Position numbers and translations under genes: made by a program
DNA from: Pirellulales bacterium
Lineage (GTDB): Bacteria; Planctomycetota; Planctomycetia; Pirellulales; JAICIG01
DNA length: 64,000 nucleotides
NCBI GenBank assembly: GCA_040901675.1
Contig: JBBDYJ010000015.1
Location: forward strand, 32,001-96,000
Direction: 5' to 3'
In this document: one piece after another, positions 50,920-59,634 of the stretch
Layout: the number at the start of each line of letters is the position of its first letter
Position numbering within the stretch: position 1 is the first letter of the stretch
The notes under the pieces: model-generated
The model's database searches: none
Seen by the model: only the letters and a program-made list of their open reading frames with translations
Told to the model about the DNA's origin: nothing

Positions 50920-51555
50920 ATGCGGTGCGGCGGGATCGTGCTCACGGGGGGCAAGAGCAGCCGGATGGGAACATCCAAGGCCATGCTCCCCTTTGGGCCC
51001 GAGCTGATGCTTCAGCGCATCGTGCGGCTGCTGGGCCAGGTCGTCGAGCCGATCGCCGTCGTGGCGGCGGCGGACCAGCCTTTGCCTCCGCTCCCATCGG
51101 GGATCATTGTCGCGCACGACCGCCGCCCCGAGCGCGGCCCGCTCGAAGGCCTTGCCGCCGGCCTGGCGGCGCTCGAAGGGGGGGTCGAGGCGGCCTACGC
51201 CACAAGCTGCGACGTGCCCCTGTTGGCGCCGGACTTTGTTGGGCGGCTGATCGCGCTGGCCGGCGATTTCGACGTGGTGGTGCCCCGCACCGGCGGTTAC
51301 CACCATCCCTTGGCGGCCCTCTACCGGCTGAGCGTGCGGCCGCACATCGAGGCCCTGCTGGCCGAGGACCGCTTGCGGCCCGTATTCCTGTTCGAGAGGG
51401 TCCGCGCGCGCGAGGTTTCGGCGGAGGAGCTGACCGATGTCGACCCGGCGCTCGACACGCTCAAGAACCTGAACTATCCCGAGGACTACCGGGCCGCGCT
51501 GGCGCAGGCCGGTTTTGGGGAGAAGGAGGAAGGAGGAAGGAGAAAGGAGGAGTAG
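50920..51555 (+). CDS. mobA: Molybdenum cofactor guanylyltransferase
   Basis: LTGGKSSRMG..KA, GPLEGL, SCDVP, NLNYPED. Confidence 0.92.
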   Translation: MRCGGIVLTGGKSSRMGTSKAMLPFGPELMLQRIVRLLGQVVEPIAVVAAADQPLPPLPSGIIVAHDRRPERGPLEGLAAGLAALEGGVEAAYATSCDVPLLAPDFVGRLIALAGDFDVVVPRTGGYHHPLAALYRLSVRPHIEALLAEDRLRPVFLFERVRAREVSAEELTDVDPALDTLKNLNYPEDYRAALAQAGFGEKEEGGRRKEE

Positions 51556-51673
51556 GAACGGACAAGGGCGCCTTCGCCGGGCATGCCGCGACACGCGTCG
51601 CACTGATCCGGATTTGGTCTGGTGTTGTTCGCCGCCGTTGCCATTGCGGTCAGATCCTTTTTGGAGTCGGTAG

Positions 51674-52102
51674 ATGGAGATCCGCCCCTACGAAGACGCA
51701 GACGAGAGGGCTGTCATCGCCTTATGGAGGGAGGTGCTGCCCGACCGGCAGCCGCACAACGACCCGGCCACGTCGATCCGAATGAAGCTGGCGGTCGATC
51801 GGGAGCTGTTGCTGGTCGCCGACATTGACGGGACTGTGGTCGGCACGGTCATGGGCGGTTACGACGGCCATCGCGGCTGGGTCTACGCCGTCGCGGTGCA
51901 GCCGGAAAGCCAGCGCCGTGGAATCGGCAGCGCGCTGGTCCGGCGGGTGGAGAAGTCGCTCGCCGAGAGGGGTTGCTTGAAGGTCAACCTGCAAGTCCGC
52001 GCCTCGAATGCCGCGGTCATCGCCTTCTACGAAAAGCTCGGCTACACGGTTGAGCAACTGTTCAGCATGGGAAAGCGGCTCTACTCATGGGACAAGACCT
52101 GA
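51674..52102 (+). CDS. GNAT acetyltransferase (YpeA-like)
   Basis: GTVMGGYDGHRGWVY, QRRGIG, FYEKLGY. Confidence 0.9.
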   Translation: MEIRPYEDADERAVIALWREVLPDRQPHNDPATSIRMKLAVDRELLLVADIDGTVVGTVMGGYDGHRGWVYAVAVQPESQRRGIGSALVRRVEKSLAERGCLKVNLQVRASNAAVIAFYEKLGYTVEQLFSMGKRLYSWDKT

Positions 52103-52174
52103 CGCTGCGACGAGGCTGGCTGCCGTGCTCGCGTCGCCGAACACTCGGATCACATATGCTGCGGAAGGACATAG

Positions 52175-52699
52175 ATGACTAGAGCCGCCAGAAGAATGCC
52201 GCAGTTCTCGTTGCGCGCTCTGCTGCTCCTGGTATCCGCGTCGGCAGTCTTGCTCGCCTCATGGCGCGCCTTTGGCCCAACCGTTGCGCTGGGCATCCTG
52301 ATCGCCGTGCTTCTCACACTTCCGATTGCGACTCGGAACGGCTCGTGGAAGCGCGCGTATCTGCTTGCCTGCCTGGCAGTGTACGGGCCGTTCATCGTGA
52401 TGGCAGCGTACACCCAATTGTACGTCTCCTGCTCCCACTGCAAGTCAGCGGCATGGATGCTGTTGCCGTACGGCCCCGGACTGGTTCCGGTCGAGGTTGT
52501 CCGCCGCTGGCTCGATTTACCGCGGCCTTCGGACACGGTCTGGTTCGCGGTCGCGGTTTTTGTTTCCGGTGCCATGGTGATCGCCCTGGCCTGGCTGATT
52601 CAAAGAAGACGTTGGTGGTGGCGGGCCCTCAGCGCGGCCGTTGCGTTGACGTACGGCACGTTGGCCGCCATTGGCATTCTGGCGGCCATCCGCGCCTGA
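52175..52699 (+). CDS. Hypothetical membrane protein (PQFSLRALL N-terminal motif, CSHC)
   Basis: About five TM segments; SD-like GGAAGGA upstream. Confidence 0.65.
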   Translation: MTRAARRMPQFSLRALLLLVSASAVLLASWRAFGPTVALGILIAVLLTLPIATRNGSWKRAYLLACLAVYGPFIVMAAYTQLYVSCSHCKSAAWMLLPYGPGLVPVEVVRRWLDLPRPSDTVWFAVAVFVSGAMVIALAWLIQRRRWWWRALSAAVALTYGTLAAIGILAAIRA

Positions 52700-52801
52700 G
52701 AAGGGCCGTAATCGATGGGCCGCAGCCGGACGGCCAGCGGGTAATCGGTTTGCCACCAACTACCTCCGGCCGGAAGTTGAGAGCACGATGAAAGCACTGG
52801 C

Positions 52802-53188
52802 TCAATAAATGGTCACGTGATGCTCATTCTCCTCGATCGCACCCTCCTCGATAGACAGTCGGATCGTTCCTCCGTATCCGCGTTCAAAGTAGCCGCCGGC
52901 ATTCAACCGTTGCCGGTTTCCGTCAGCGTCTGTGAACTCGATCTCCAAGTGGGACTCCCCACTTGGGCTTACCGTCGCGTAGCCAGAGGCCCCCGAAGCC
53001 AGGTCGCCCAAGGAATACGACTCACCAGTGACGTGCAGCATCACCGAGTGAATCGGCGTTGCTCCGGTGTTTTGTACCGTGACCTGGATTCCTTCCCGGA
53101 ACCGGGGAGCGACAAAGATGAAACCGATCAGTAGGATGCTGACGAACCGTGCTACCCACCACCACAGTTGCCGTTGTTGCTCTGCCAT
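52802..53188 (-). CDS. Hypothetical membrane-anchored protein with small Ig-like domain
   Basis: ATG after AAAGGAG; one TM helix then a beta-rich domain (VTVQNTG). Confidence 0.65.
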   Translation of the reverse strand: MAEQQRQLWWWVARFVSILLIGFIFVAPRFREGIQVTVQNTGATPIHSVMLHVTGESYSLGDLASGASGYATVSPSGESHLEIEFTDADGNRQRLNAGGYFERGYGGTIRLSIEEGAIEENEHHVTIY

Positions 53189-53402
53189 CCGATCTCCTTT
53201 CATGTCAGCCCCGACACGGACCGCTCACACGTCTCCAGCGTCCCATCCAACAACTCTGGATCAGCCAGTCGGTGATCGCCCTGGGACAACCGGCTACGGC
53301 GCTTCCCGCACTACCACCTTTCGCCGGACGAAGACTGGGGCACGCTACCGCTTTGCCGCCAGCCACCCGGGCGAGCGTCCCTCTGCGTTCCTCCTTCCTC
53401 CT

Positions 53403-55067
53403 TTATCCTTCCTTCCCGCACGCCACTTCGCGCGAGGTGTGCATGTAGTCCGCCGTCACGGGATAGTTGCGGAAGCGAATCGAATAGTACTTCTCGAACC
53501 AGTCGGCAATGTCGGGCTCGATCCCCGGATCGAACTCGGGGGAGACGTGCAGCGTCTTGCCGTAAACGGGCTCGCGGATTTCGCCCTGCTCGACGATCAC
53601 CTCGCCGGCCTTGATCACGTAACGAGGCAGCTCGAACATCGTCTCCTTGTTCTCGTCGGGCGTGTAGATCGTGATGTCGGCGTCGGCCCCAGGTCCCAGG
53701 TGCCCCTTGTGTGCCAGGCCGAGGATCCGCGCCGGGGCCGCCCGCGTGATAATGCAGATCTCGGATAGCGAGTACTCGCGGTCCAGGTCGGCCAACTGGC
53801 TGCGCTGGCGGACCAGCGGGTTCACGGTTTTGAGCATCTCCTGCCGCCAGGTGCGGTCCATCAACAACCGCACGATCTGCGGATATGCCAGGAACGAGCC
53901 ACCGTTGGGATGGTCCGTGCTCATCACCACCCGCCAGGGGTCCTCCATCAAGAGATACCATTCCAGGCCAATCGCCCACTGCAGCGAGTGCACCAGGCTC
54001 TTGTTGCGGTACTCGATGGGGGCGATGCCGCAGCCCGCTTCCATCTCGGTGTCGCCGCTGAACCATTTCGACTTGTAGACGTTGCTCAGGTAGTAGCCCA
54101 GCGGGCCGTCGCCCGTCATGCTGGTCGTCTTGCCGAACAGCACCTGCCCCACGTCGACCGTGATGTTCTTGTGCTGGTTGACGTAGTCGACCAGCGGCTG
54201 CACCTTCGAGTTGAACGTGTTCTCGTCCCCTTCGCCGCCGCCGTAGCTATGGAACTGGATGTGCGTCAGATGGCCGCGGTGCCCTTCCAGCGACTGCATC
54301 GTGTCGAGCGTGGTGGCCCAGTTGCCCGGCATCCCCAGCATGTTCGAATGGATGTGGACCGAGTGGGGCAGCTTGAGATCGTCGGCCGCCTGGGCGACGC
54401 CGCGGATGATCTGCCGCGGCGTCACGTTGAACGAGGCCACCGTCTCGTCCAGGCCGCTCACGTTGCCCGCCTGCCGCGACTTCCACACCTCGACGCCGCC
54501 CGGGTTGACCAGCTTGGGTGCAAAGCCCTTGGCGGCCGCCAGCAGCCAGGCCACAAAAGCCTTCAGCTTTTCCGGCTCGTTCTGCTCGATCGACTTCATC
54601 ACGTAATGGTTGTTGCCCATCAGCACGTAGAACCCCTTGTCGATGCAGGGGGTGTCCGCGAACTCCTCGTGGGCGTGCCGCGCCGACAACGGCGGAATAG
54701 CCGCGTCGAAGGCCGTCGTATAGCCCAGCCCGGCGTACTTGTAGCCGGTGGCGAACGTGCTGGGCACGCTGCCCATCGTGCCGCTGTGCGTCCGCGGCGT
54801 GCGGCGGACCGGCTCGGCCTGGCGCTTTTCTTCAGGCCGCATCTTGCGGGCCATGTTCACCTTCGGCCCGGCGATGTGGCAGTGCATGTCGATGCCGCCC
54901 GGCATGACCACCAGCCCCGCGGCGTCCAGCATGCGCTCTGGGCGGACCTGCGGATCGGCCGGCGCGTCGACAATCCGCCCTTCGGAAATCCAGATGTCGC
55001 GCACCTGGCCATCGACGCCGTTGGCCGGATCGTACACGGTGCCGCCGGAAATCTTGAACAGCGACAT
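53403..55067 (-). CDS. fwdA: Formylmethanofuran dehydrogenase subunit A (amidohydrolase)
   Basis: PGGIDMHCHIAG, KLVNPGG, HIHSNMLG, THIQFHSYG, STDHPNGG. Confidence 0.95.
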   Translation of the reverse strand: MSLFKISGGTVYDPANGVDGQVRDIWISEGRIVDAPADPQVRPERMLDAAGLVVMPGGIDMHCHIAGPKVNMARKMRPEEKRQAEPVRRTPRTHSGTMGSVPSTFATGYKYAGLGYTTAFDAAIPPLSARHAHEEFADTPCIDKGFYVLMGNNHYVMKSIEQNEPEKLKAFVAWLLAAAKGFAPKLVNPGGVEVWKSRQAGNVSGLDETVASFNVTPRQIIRGVAQAADDLKLPHSVHIHSNMLGMPGNWATTLDTMQSLEGHRGHLTHIQFHSYGGGEGDENTFNSKVQPLVDYVNQHKNITVDVGQVLFGKTTSMTGDGPLGYYLSNVYKSKWFSGDTEMEAGCGIAPIEYRNKSLVHSLQWAIGLEWYLLMEDPWRVVMSTDHPNGGSFLAYPQIVRLLMDRTWRQEMLKTVNPLVRQRSQLADLDREYSLSEICIITRAAPARILGLAHKGHLGPGADADITIYTPDENKETMFELPRYVIKAGEVIVEQGEIREPVYGKTLHVSPEFDPGIEPDIADWFEKYYSIRFRNYPVTADYMHTSREVACGKEG

Positions 55068-55072
55068 CGGCT

Positions 55073-56425
55073 TCAGGCCCTCAGCGAGACGGCCTTGAGC
55101 TCCCGGACTCGCGTCTCCAGGGCCGACAGCACGTCGTAGTCGCTGGGGTACGGCGACTCGAAGGCCGGCCGCAGGGGGATCGGCACGTCGTCCATGCGGT
55201 AGACCGTGCCGGGCGTGTTGATGCCGTAGGTGGCCGTGGTGAAGGCCACCGCCGCCTGCCGGGTGGTGGGCGTCTCCTTGGGATCCAAGGCGATGTAGGG
55301 AATCTTGGCCAGGTGCTCGCGGGCCGGCTGGCTGAAGTTCGACATCGGGTCGCTGGCGATGATCATGGCCGCGTCGGCCTCGCCGCGGGCCAGCGTGTCG
55401 GCCGTGGTGTATTCGCCCGGGTTGAAGCGCGGGTAGCCTCGCGACAGGTTGACGCCGAAGGGATATCCGGTCCGCCAGGAGACGACGTTGTCGGCGCCGG
55501 TCACGTTGCCGTGGCCGCGCATCGGCTTGGCCACGAAGCGGGTGTGGGCGTTCATGTCGCGGGTCAGGGCCAACAGCGCCTCGCTGTTGAGGTGCTTGCC
55601 CCGCGTCATCGTCAAGCCCATGCCGAACAACAGCACGCCGAAGCGGGCCGCCTTCATGCGGGTCATCAGGTCCTGCCAGCTCGACAGCGGCACGCCCGTG
55701 TCGGCCTCGACCCCGGCCGGGTCCAGCTCGACCCCCTTGGCCAGGGCCCGCAGCGTCCAGAGCGCCTCGAAATCCTTGCGCGGCTTGATCTGCAAGAAGA
55801 TGTCGGCCGCGTTGGCGCTCTTGGTCTTGCGGACGTCGACCAGCACGCAGGTACGGTCTTTGCGGCCTCGCGGCAGGAACATACCCTTGGGCGTCAGGCT
55901 GTACTTGGTAAAGTGCCGCGGATGGCTCTCGGCCGGGTTCGAGCCCCAGAAGATGATCAGGTCGCCCCGATTGCGGATTTCGCCCAGCGTGCAGGTGACC
56001 TCGCCCACTCCCTGGAAAGCCATGCCCGACGGCCCGTGGCAGACGCTGGTGGTCGTATCGACGTTGCCGCCGATCCAGTCGCCGATCGAGACGGCCACGC
56101 GCTGCGCCTCGCACGTCGTGTCACTGAGGCCATAGATGATCGGGTACGTCGCCCCGGCCAGGATGCGTGCCGCCCGCTCGACGCCCTGTTCCAGCGAGGC
56201 GGGCTGGCCATCGACTAGGCAGACCGGCCGATGTTCGACGCTGTGGTTCAGAAACCAGGCCTTGCCCAGCACGCAGGCGCTCTTGGCTTCGACGATTTCG
56301 TCTCCTTGGACCTTGAGCGTAATGTCGTCGCAGACGCAGCCGCAGAAAGTGCAGGTGGCATCTTCGACGATCTTCAAACTATCGGCGGCGGTCTCGGCCG
56401 CCGGCTGCTCGATCAAGGTGCTCAC
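55073..56425 (-). CDS. fwdB: Formylmethanofuran dehydrogenase subunit B (Mo/W-bis-PGD, 4Fe-4S)
   Basis: CTFCGCVCDD..ACVLG cluster motif, SVCHGPS metal ligand, CTLGEIRNR, HPRH, RGHGNV. Confidence 0.93.
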   Translation of the reverse strand: MSTLIEQPAAETAADSLKIVEDATCTFCGCVCDDITLKVQGDEIVEAKSACVLGKAWFLNHSVEHRPVCLVDGQPASLEQGVERAARILAGATYPIIYGLSDTTCEAQRVAVSIGDWIGGNVDTTTSVCHGPSGMAFQGVGEVTCTLGEIRNRGDLIIFWGSNPAESHPRHFTKYSLTPKGMFLPRGRKDRTCVLVDVRKTKSANAADIFLQIKPRKDFEALWTLRALAKGVELDPAGVEADTGVPLSSWQDLMTRMKAARFGVLLFGMGLTMTRGKHLNSEALLALTRDMNAHTRFVAKPMRGHGNVTGADNVVSWRTGYPFGVNLSRGYPRFNPGEYTTADTLARGEADAAMIIASDPMSNFSQPAREHLAKIPYIALDPKETPTTRQAAVAFTTATYGINTPGTVYRMDDVPIPLRPAFESPYPSDYDVLSALETRVRELKAVSLRA

Positions 56426-56503
56426 GCGATCGATTCCCTCACGATGCTGTTGCTTTCGAGCTCGTATTCCCGTTCGACCGGGCCGACTTGCTTGGTCGGC
56501 CGG

Positions 56504-56848
56504 CTAGCCGATTTTTTCCAACTCCACGTCGAGTCCCTTGCTGGTGGGCATACCGGAGCCGTGGGTGTCGCCGCCCATCAGCCGGCTCGACATATCGCCA
56601 TAGGCGATGAACAGCAGTCCCGGCGGCAACTCGTCCCCCCTGGCGGCGGTCACGGCCACCTCGATCCGGCCACTGGGGCTGGTGAGCCGCACGCGGTCGC
56701 CGTCGCTCAATCCCAGCCGCTGCATATCCTGGGGCGCGACCTGCACGACGTTGATTTCGCTCTGGTAGTTCTCCTTGAACTTGCCTTCGCTGATGCCGCA
56801 CCCCTGCTTGCTGGTGCGGCCTGGGATCAGGATGAACGTCTCGGGCAT
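56504..56848 (-). CDS. fwdD: Formylmethanofuran dehydrogenase subunit D (molybdopterin dinucleotide-binding)
   Basis: LIPGRTSKQG...GDRVRLTS...THGSGMPTSKG; directly upstream of fwdB. Confidence 0.85.
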   Translation of the reverse strand: MPETFILIPGRTSKQGCGISEGKFKENYQSEINVVQVAPQDMQRLGLSDGDRVRLTSPSGRIEVAVTAARGDELPPGLLFIAYGDMSSRLMGGDTHGSGMPTSKGLDVELEKIG

Positions 56849-56932
56849 AGCTTGTGGACCTGGCCGATCGAACGAACCATTTATTCTTGCAGCCGGGCCG
56901 CGGAAATGCCAGGGGGTGGCCGGAAGCACATT

Positions 56933-57014
56933 CGCCCCGGGGCGGCGCTGCGCTCTGCCCGCGGGCTGATATGTGGCTGCACCTTCGGTGCGGAGGAGAG
57001 CCCGAGCCAAGCCG
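56933..57014 (-). repeat. MITE/REPIN-like arm, inverted partner of 58107-58195
   Basis: TCCGCACCGAAGGTGCAGCCACATATCAGCCCGYGGGCAGAGCGCAGCG shared with one mismatch. Confidence 0.85.
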
Positions 57015-57068
57015 AATACTGGGGGCCACTTGATCGGAAGTTGCTTGTTGGTCCGCTAGACTGGACTC

Positions 57069-57401
57069 ATGGCCCCGACCGACCAGAACGCCGACCGCCA
57101 GGCCGAGAACCCGTACGAGGCGCCGGGCGGTCAGGAGCGTCCAGCAGACGCCGATGTCCTGATTCGCCGGCTGTTTGCTCTGCTCGGCCCCCGAACCGTC
57201 CGGCGGCAGTTTCGGTTTTTGGTGCAGTATGCGCTGGGCGGTGGCCTCCTTACATGGTGCGCCGTGGCCTATGGGATGGCTTGGCTTTCTCTCGTGCTGT
57301 ACGCCGCCTTGATGTCGGTTTCGATCTTACGATACACCGAGGCCAGACGGATTGGCCGCCTTTTGGCCAAGCTAGAGGAACTAGGGGAGAGCAACCGCTA
57401 G
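57069..57401 (+). CDS. Small membrane protein with ENPYEAP N-terminal motif
   Basis: Two TM helices; N-terminus paralogous to the 58338 ORF. Confidence 0.65.
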   Translation: MAPTDQNADRQAENPYEAPGGQERPADADVLIRRLFALLGPRTVRRQFRFLVQYALGGGLLTWCAVAYGMAWLSLVLYAALMSVSILRYTEARRIGRLLAKLEELGESNR

Positions 57402-57487
57402 ACAGCCGCGGCCAAACTGCGTGCCCTTCGTCTTAAATCCGTTTTCAAGCGATATCACTACTGGGCAGTCTTTTGGGGAGCTTGCCA

Positions 57488-57726
57488 TGGATCAGTCAGA
57501 GGAAATCGTCAGGCTGCTGACCGAGATTCGGGACGGCCAGCGGGAGTACCTGGCAGAATACCGGAAGAACGCCGAGCGAAGCCTTTCGCTCACCGAGTCC
57601 GTCGCGGAACGGCAGCGCCGCTTGACGCGGCTGCTACTGCCTGTCTTGCTGTTCGTGCTGGCCTGCGGCGTTCTGATGGCGGCTTTGACCGTGCCGGCCG
57701 TCCTTCACCGGCTTTTCGCCGGCTGA
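57488..57726 (+). CDS. Small hypothetical membrane protein (MDQSEEIVRLLTEIRD...)
   Basis: SD GGGGAG; coiled coil plus C-terminal TM. Confidence 0.65.
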
Positions 57727-57818
57727 ATCCATTTCAAAGTGACCAAGCAACCTGCAGGGCCGGATCCGCGGCTGTTTGGATTGGTGTTCGCCGCGAAAAA
57801 ACCGCTACAATCAATGGA

Positions 57819-58091
57819 ATGCTTGGTCTCAATCCACTCGATTTCATGATGGTAGCCGGACGCATTGCAAGCCGAACCCAGCACCGTTCCTTCCAATTCC
57901 GCCTGCGGACGCTCTTCTGGCTGACGGCCCTGGCGGCCGTGCTCTGCGTGGTAGGGCCGGCCCTAGCGCAACCGCTTGACGAGTTTTGGTCGGTCGCGGT
58001 TGCCGTGATCCTCGCCTCCGTCGCTTCGTTACTTGGCTTGGTGACGGCGGCTATGCTCGCCGCCTGGGCCACCAAGACGATTACGCGTTGA
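57819..58091 (+). CDS. Small membrane protein with FQFRLRTLF motif
   Basis: Two TM helices; TACAAT 7 nt upstream. Confidence 0.6.
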   Translation: MLGLNPLDFMMVAGRIASRTQHRSFQFRLRTLFWLTALAAVLCVVGPALAQPLDEFWSVAVAVILASVASLLGLVTAAMLAAWATKTITR

Positions 58092-58106
58092 GCTGGACCT
58101 CGATAC

Positions 58107-58290
58107 GCGGCTTGGCTCGTCCGCACCGAAGGTGCAGCCACATATCAGCCCGTGGGCAGAGCGCAGCGGCGTCAGCCGCGTAGCGCCGCCCCGGGGAAGT
58201 CAGCCGCGCAGCGCCGCCCCGGGAAAGTCCGGCCGCGCAGCGCCGCCCCGGGAATGATGTCCACCCACAAAGAGCAGCCCTGCAAGGGCG
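58107..58290 (+). repeat. MITE/REPIN-like arm plus three GCCGCGYAGCGCCGCCCCGGG direct repeats
   Basis: Directly visible. Confidence 0.85.
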
Positions 58291-58337
58291 AAACAAGCTG
58301 GTTGCCCTGGCCTTGCCTCTCGCGACATACTACCCCC

Positions 58338-58721
58338 ATGACCCCGACCGATCAGACCGACGACTCCCAGACCGAGAATCCGTACAGGTCGCCGGAGCAA
58401 GCTGGTGCTCCGCAGGCGCTGCGGTCACCGCAGTCGCTGAACGATCAACTTGCTCTGCACGCAACTATGCTCGCAGTGTTTTGTGCAGCGCTTTGTGCTC
58501 TTGCGTTTGTCGACCTGTTGCCGGCGTGGATGATGCCAGGCTGGATCAAGACGCTAGTGGTCGTTTCAGCAACTTTGGCAGTCATGAACCGAGCATTCAA
58601 GCTTCGGAGCCGACAGCCTCGGTCGTCGAAAGCAGCGAGGCTGGACATGTTGATTCTCCTGGCTATTTGCGCTCTTGCCTTGCTCGCGGAGGCCATATTC
58701 CACCTATTGTACACACTCTAA
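58338..58721 (+). CDS. Small membrane protein with ENPYRSP N-terminal motif
   Basis: Three TM helices; lower GC than flanks. Confidence 0.65.
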   Translation: MTPTDQTDDSQTENPYRSPEQAGAPQALRSPQSLNDQLALHATMLAVFCAALCALAFVDLLPAWMMPGWIKTLVVVSATLAVMNRAFKLRSRQPRSSKAARLDMLILLAICALALLAEAIFHLLYTL

Positions 58722-58868
58722 ACGCACGCCACCGCCTTGCGAGCCAACGCGCTTGAAAACCATTTTCGAACGGTACGGTTACTCCCTGAAGGCTTGTCGA
58801 GAGGCGGACCGAAGCGGTACCATCCGGCAGTTCCGAGTTGGCGCCAAGTTTCTGGGCGAGGACAGTCA

Positions 58869-59498
58869 ATGAACGGACTCGATGGCCTCCAGGGTCAGTA
58901 CGCGACGATCCTGGCCGACCCGCCCTGGCAGTTCCAGAACCGCACAGGCAAGGTAGCCCCCGAGCACCGGCGGCTGCGCCGCTATCGGACGATGACGCTG
59001 GAGGCGATCAAGGCCTTGCCGGTCGCCGAACACGCGGCCGACAGAAGCCACCTCTATCTCTGGTGCCCGAACGCCTTGCTCGAAGAGGGGCTGGCCGTGA
59101 TGCGGGCCTGGGGCTTCCGCTACAAGACCAACATCGTCTGGTACAAAATCCGCAAGGACGGCGGACCCGACGGACGCGGCGTCGGCTTCTACTTTCGCAA
59201 CGTTACCGAGCTGCTGCTCTTCGGAGTGCGGGGGAGCCTGAGGACGCTCAAGCCGGGCCGCACGCAGGTGAACATCGTCCGCACGCGGAAGCAGGAGCAC
59301 TCCCGCAAGCCGCACGAGCTCTACAAGATCATCGAAGCCTGCAGCCCCGGCCCACACCTGGAGCTGTTCGCCAGAGAGCGGATCGCCGGCTGGCACCAAT
59401 GGGGCGACGAGTTGGAAACGTACGGCGCCAGGCGGCCCCATTACGCCGCCTACAACGGCCATGCAGCACGTCCCGGCGCGCCGGGATTGCCTGTCTGA
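58869..59498 (+). CDS. MT-A70 family N6-adenine methyltransferase
   Basis: ILADPPW, HLYLW, AWGFRYKTNIVW, EHSRKP, LELFAR. Confidence 0.92.
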   Translation: MNGLDGLQGQYATILADPPWQFQNRTGKVAPEHRRLRRYRTMTLEAIKALPVAEHAADRSHLYLWCPNALLEEGLAVMRAWGFRYKTNIVWYKIRKDGGPDGRGVGFYFRNVTELLLFGVRGSLRTLKPGRTQVNIVRTRKQEHSRKPHELYKIIEACSPGPHLELFARERIAGWHQWGDELETYGARRPHYAAYNGHAARPGAPGLPV

Positions 59499-59530
59499 AC
59501 ACCCTGGGAGGCCGTCCGACAAATTCCGCA

Positions 59531-59582
59531 TGTGGGACGGGCTTCCTTGCCCGTCTGAACGGCCTGGGAAGGCCGTCCTACC
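59531..59582. repeat. Inverted REP-like pair (family F, GTRGGACGG..CCGT)
   Basis: GTGGGACGGGCTTCCTTGCCCGTC and ACGGCCTGGGAAGGCCGTCCTAC. Confidence 0.7.
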
Positions 59583-59634
59583 TTCGCGCATTTGCGGTCA
59601 TCCAGCGGCTCGATGCCTGCGGCAAGCGTCAGTT

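Noticed and set aside
51600..53330. Integron-like cassette array (also 57000-58900)
   Set aside because: No recurring attC (RYYYAAC...GTTRRRY) structure or integrase could be identified, and gene orientation is mixed.
55073..56425. Selenocysteine recoding in fwdB
   Set aside because: The ligand codon is Cys (TGC) and there is no in-frame TGA.
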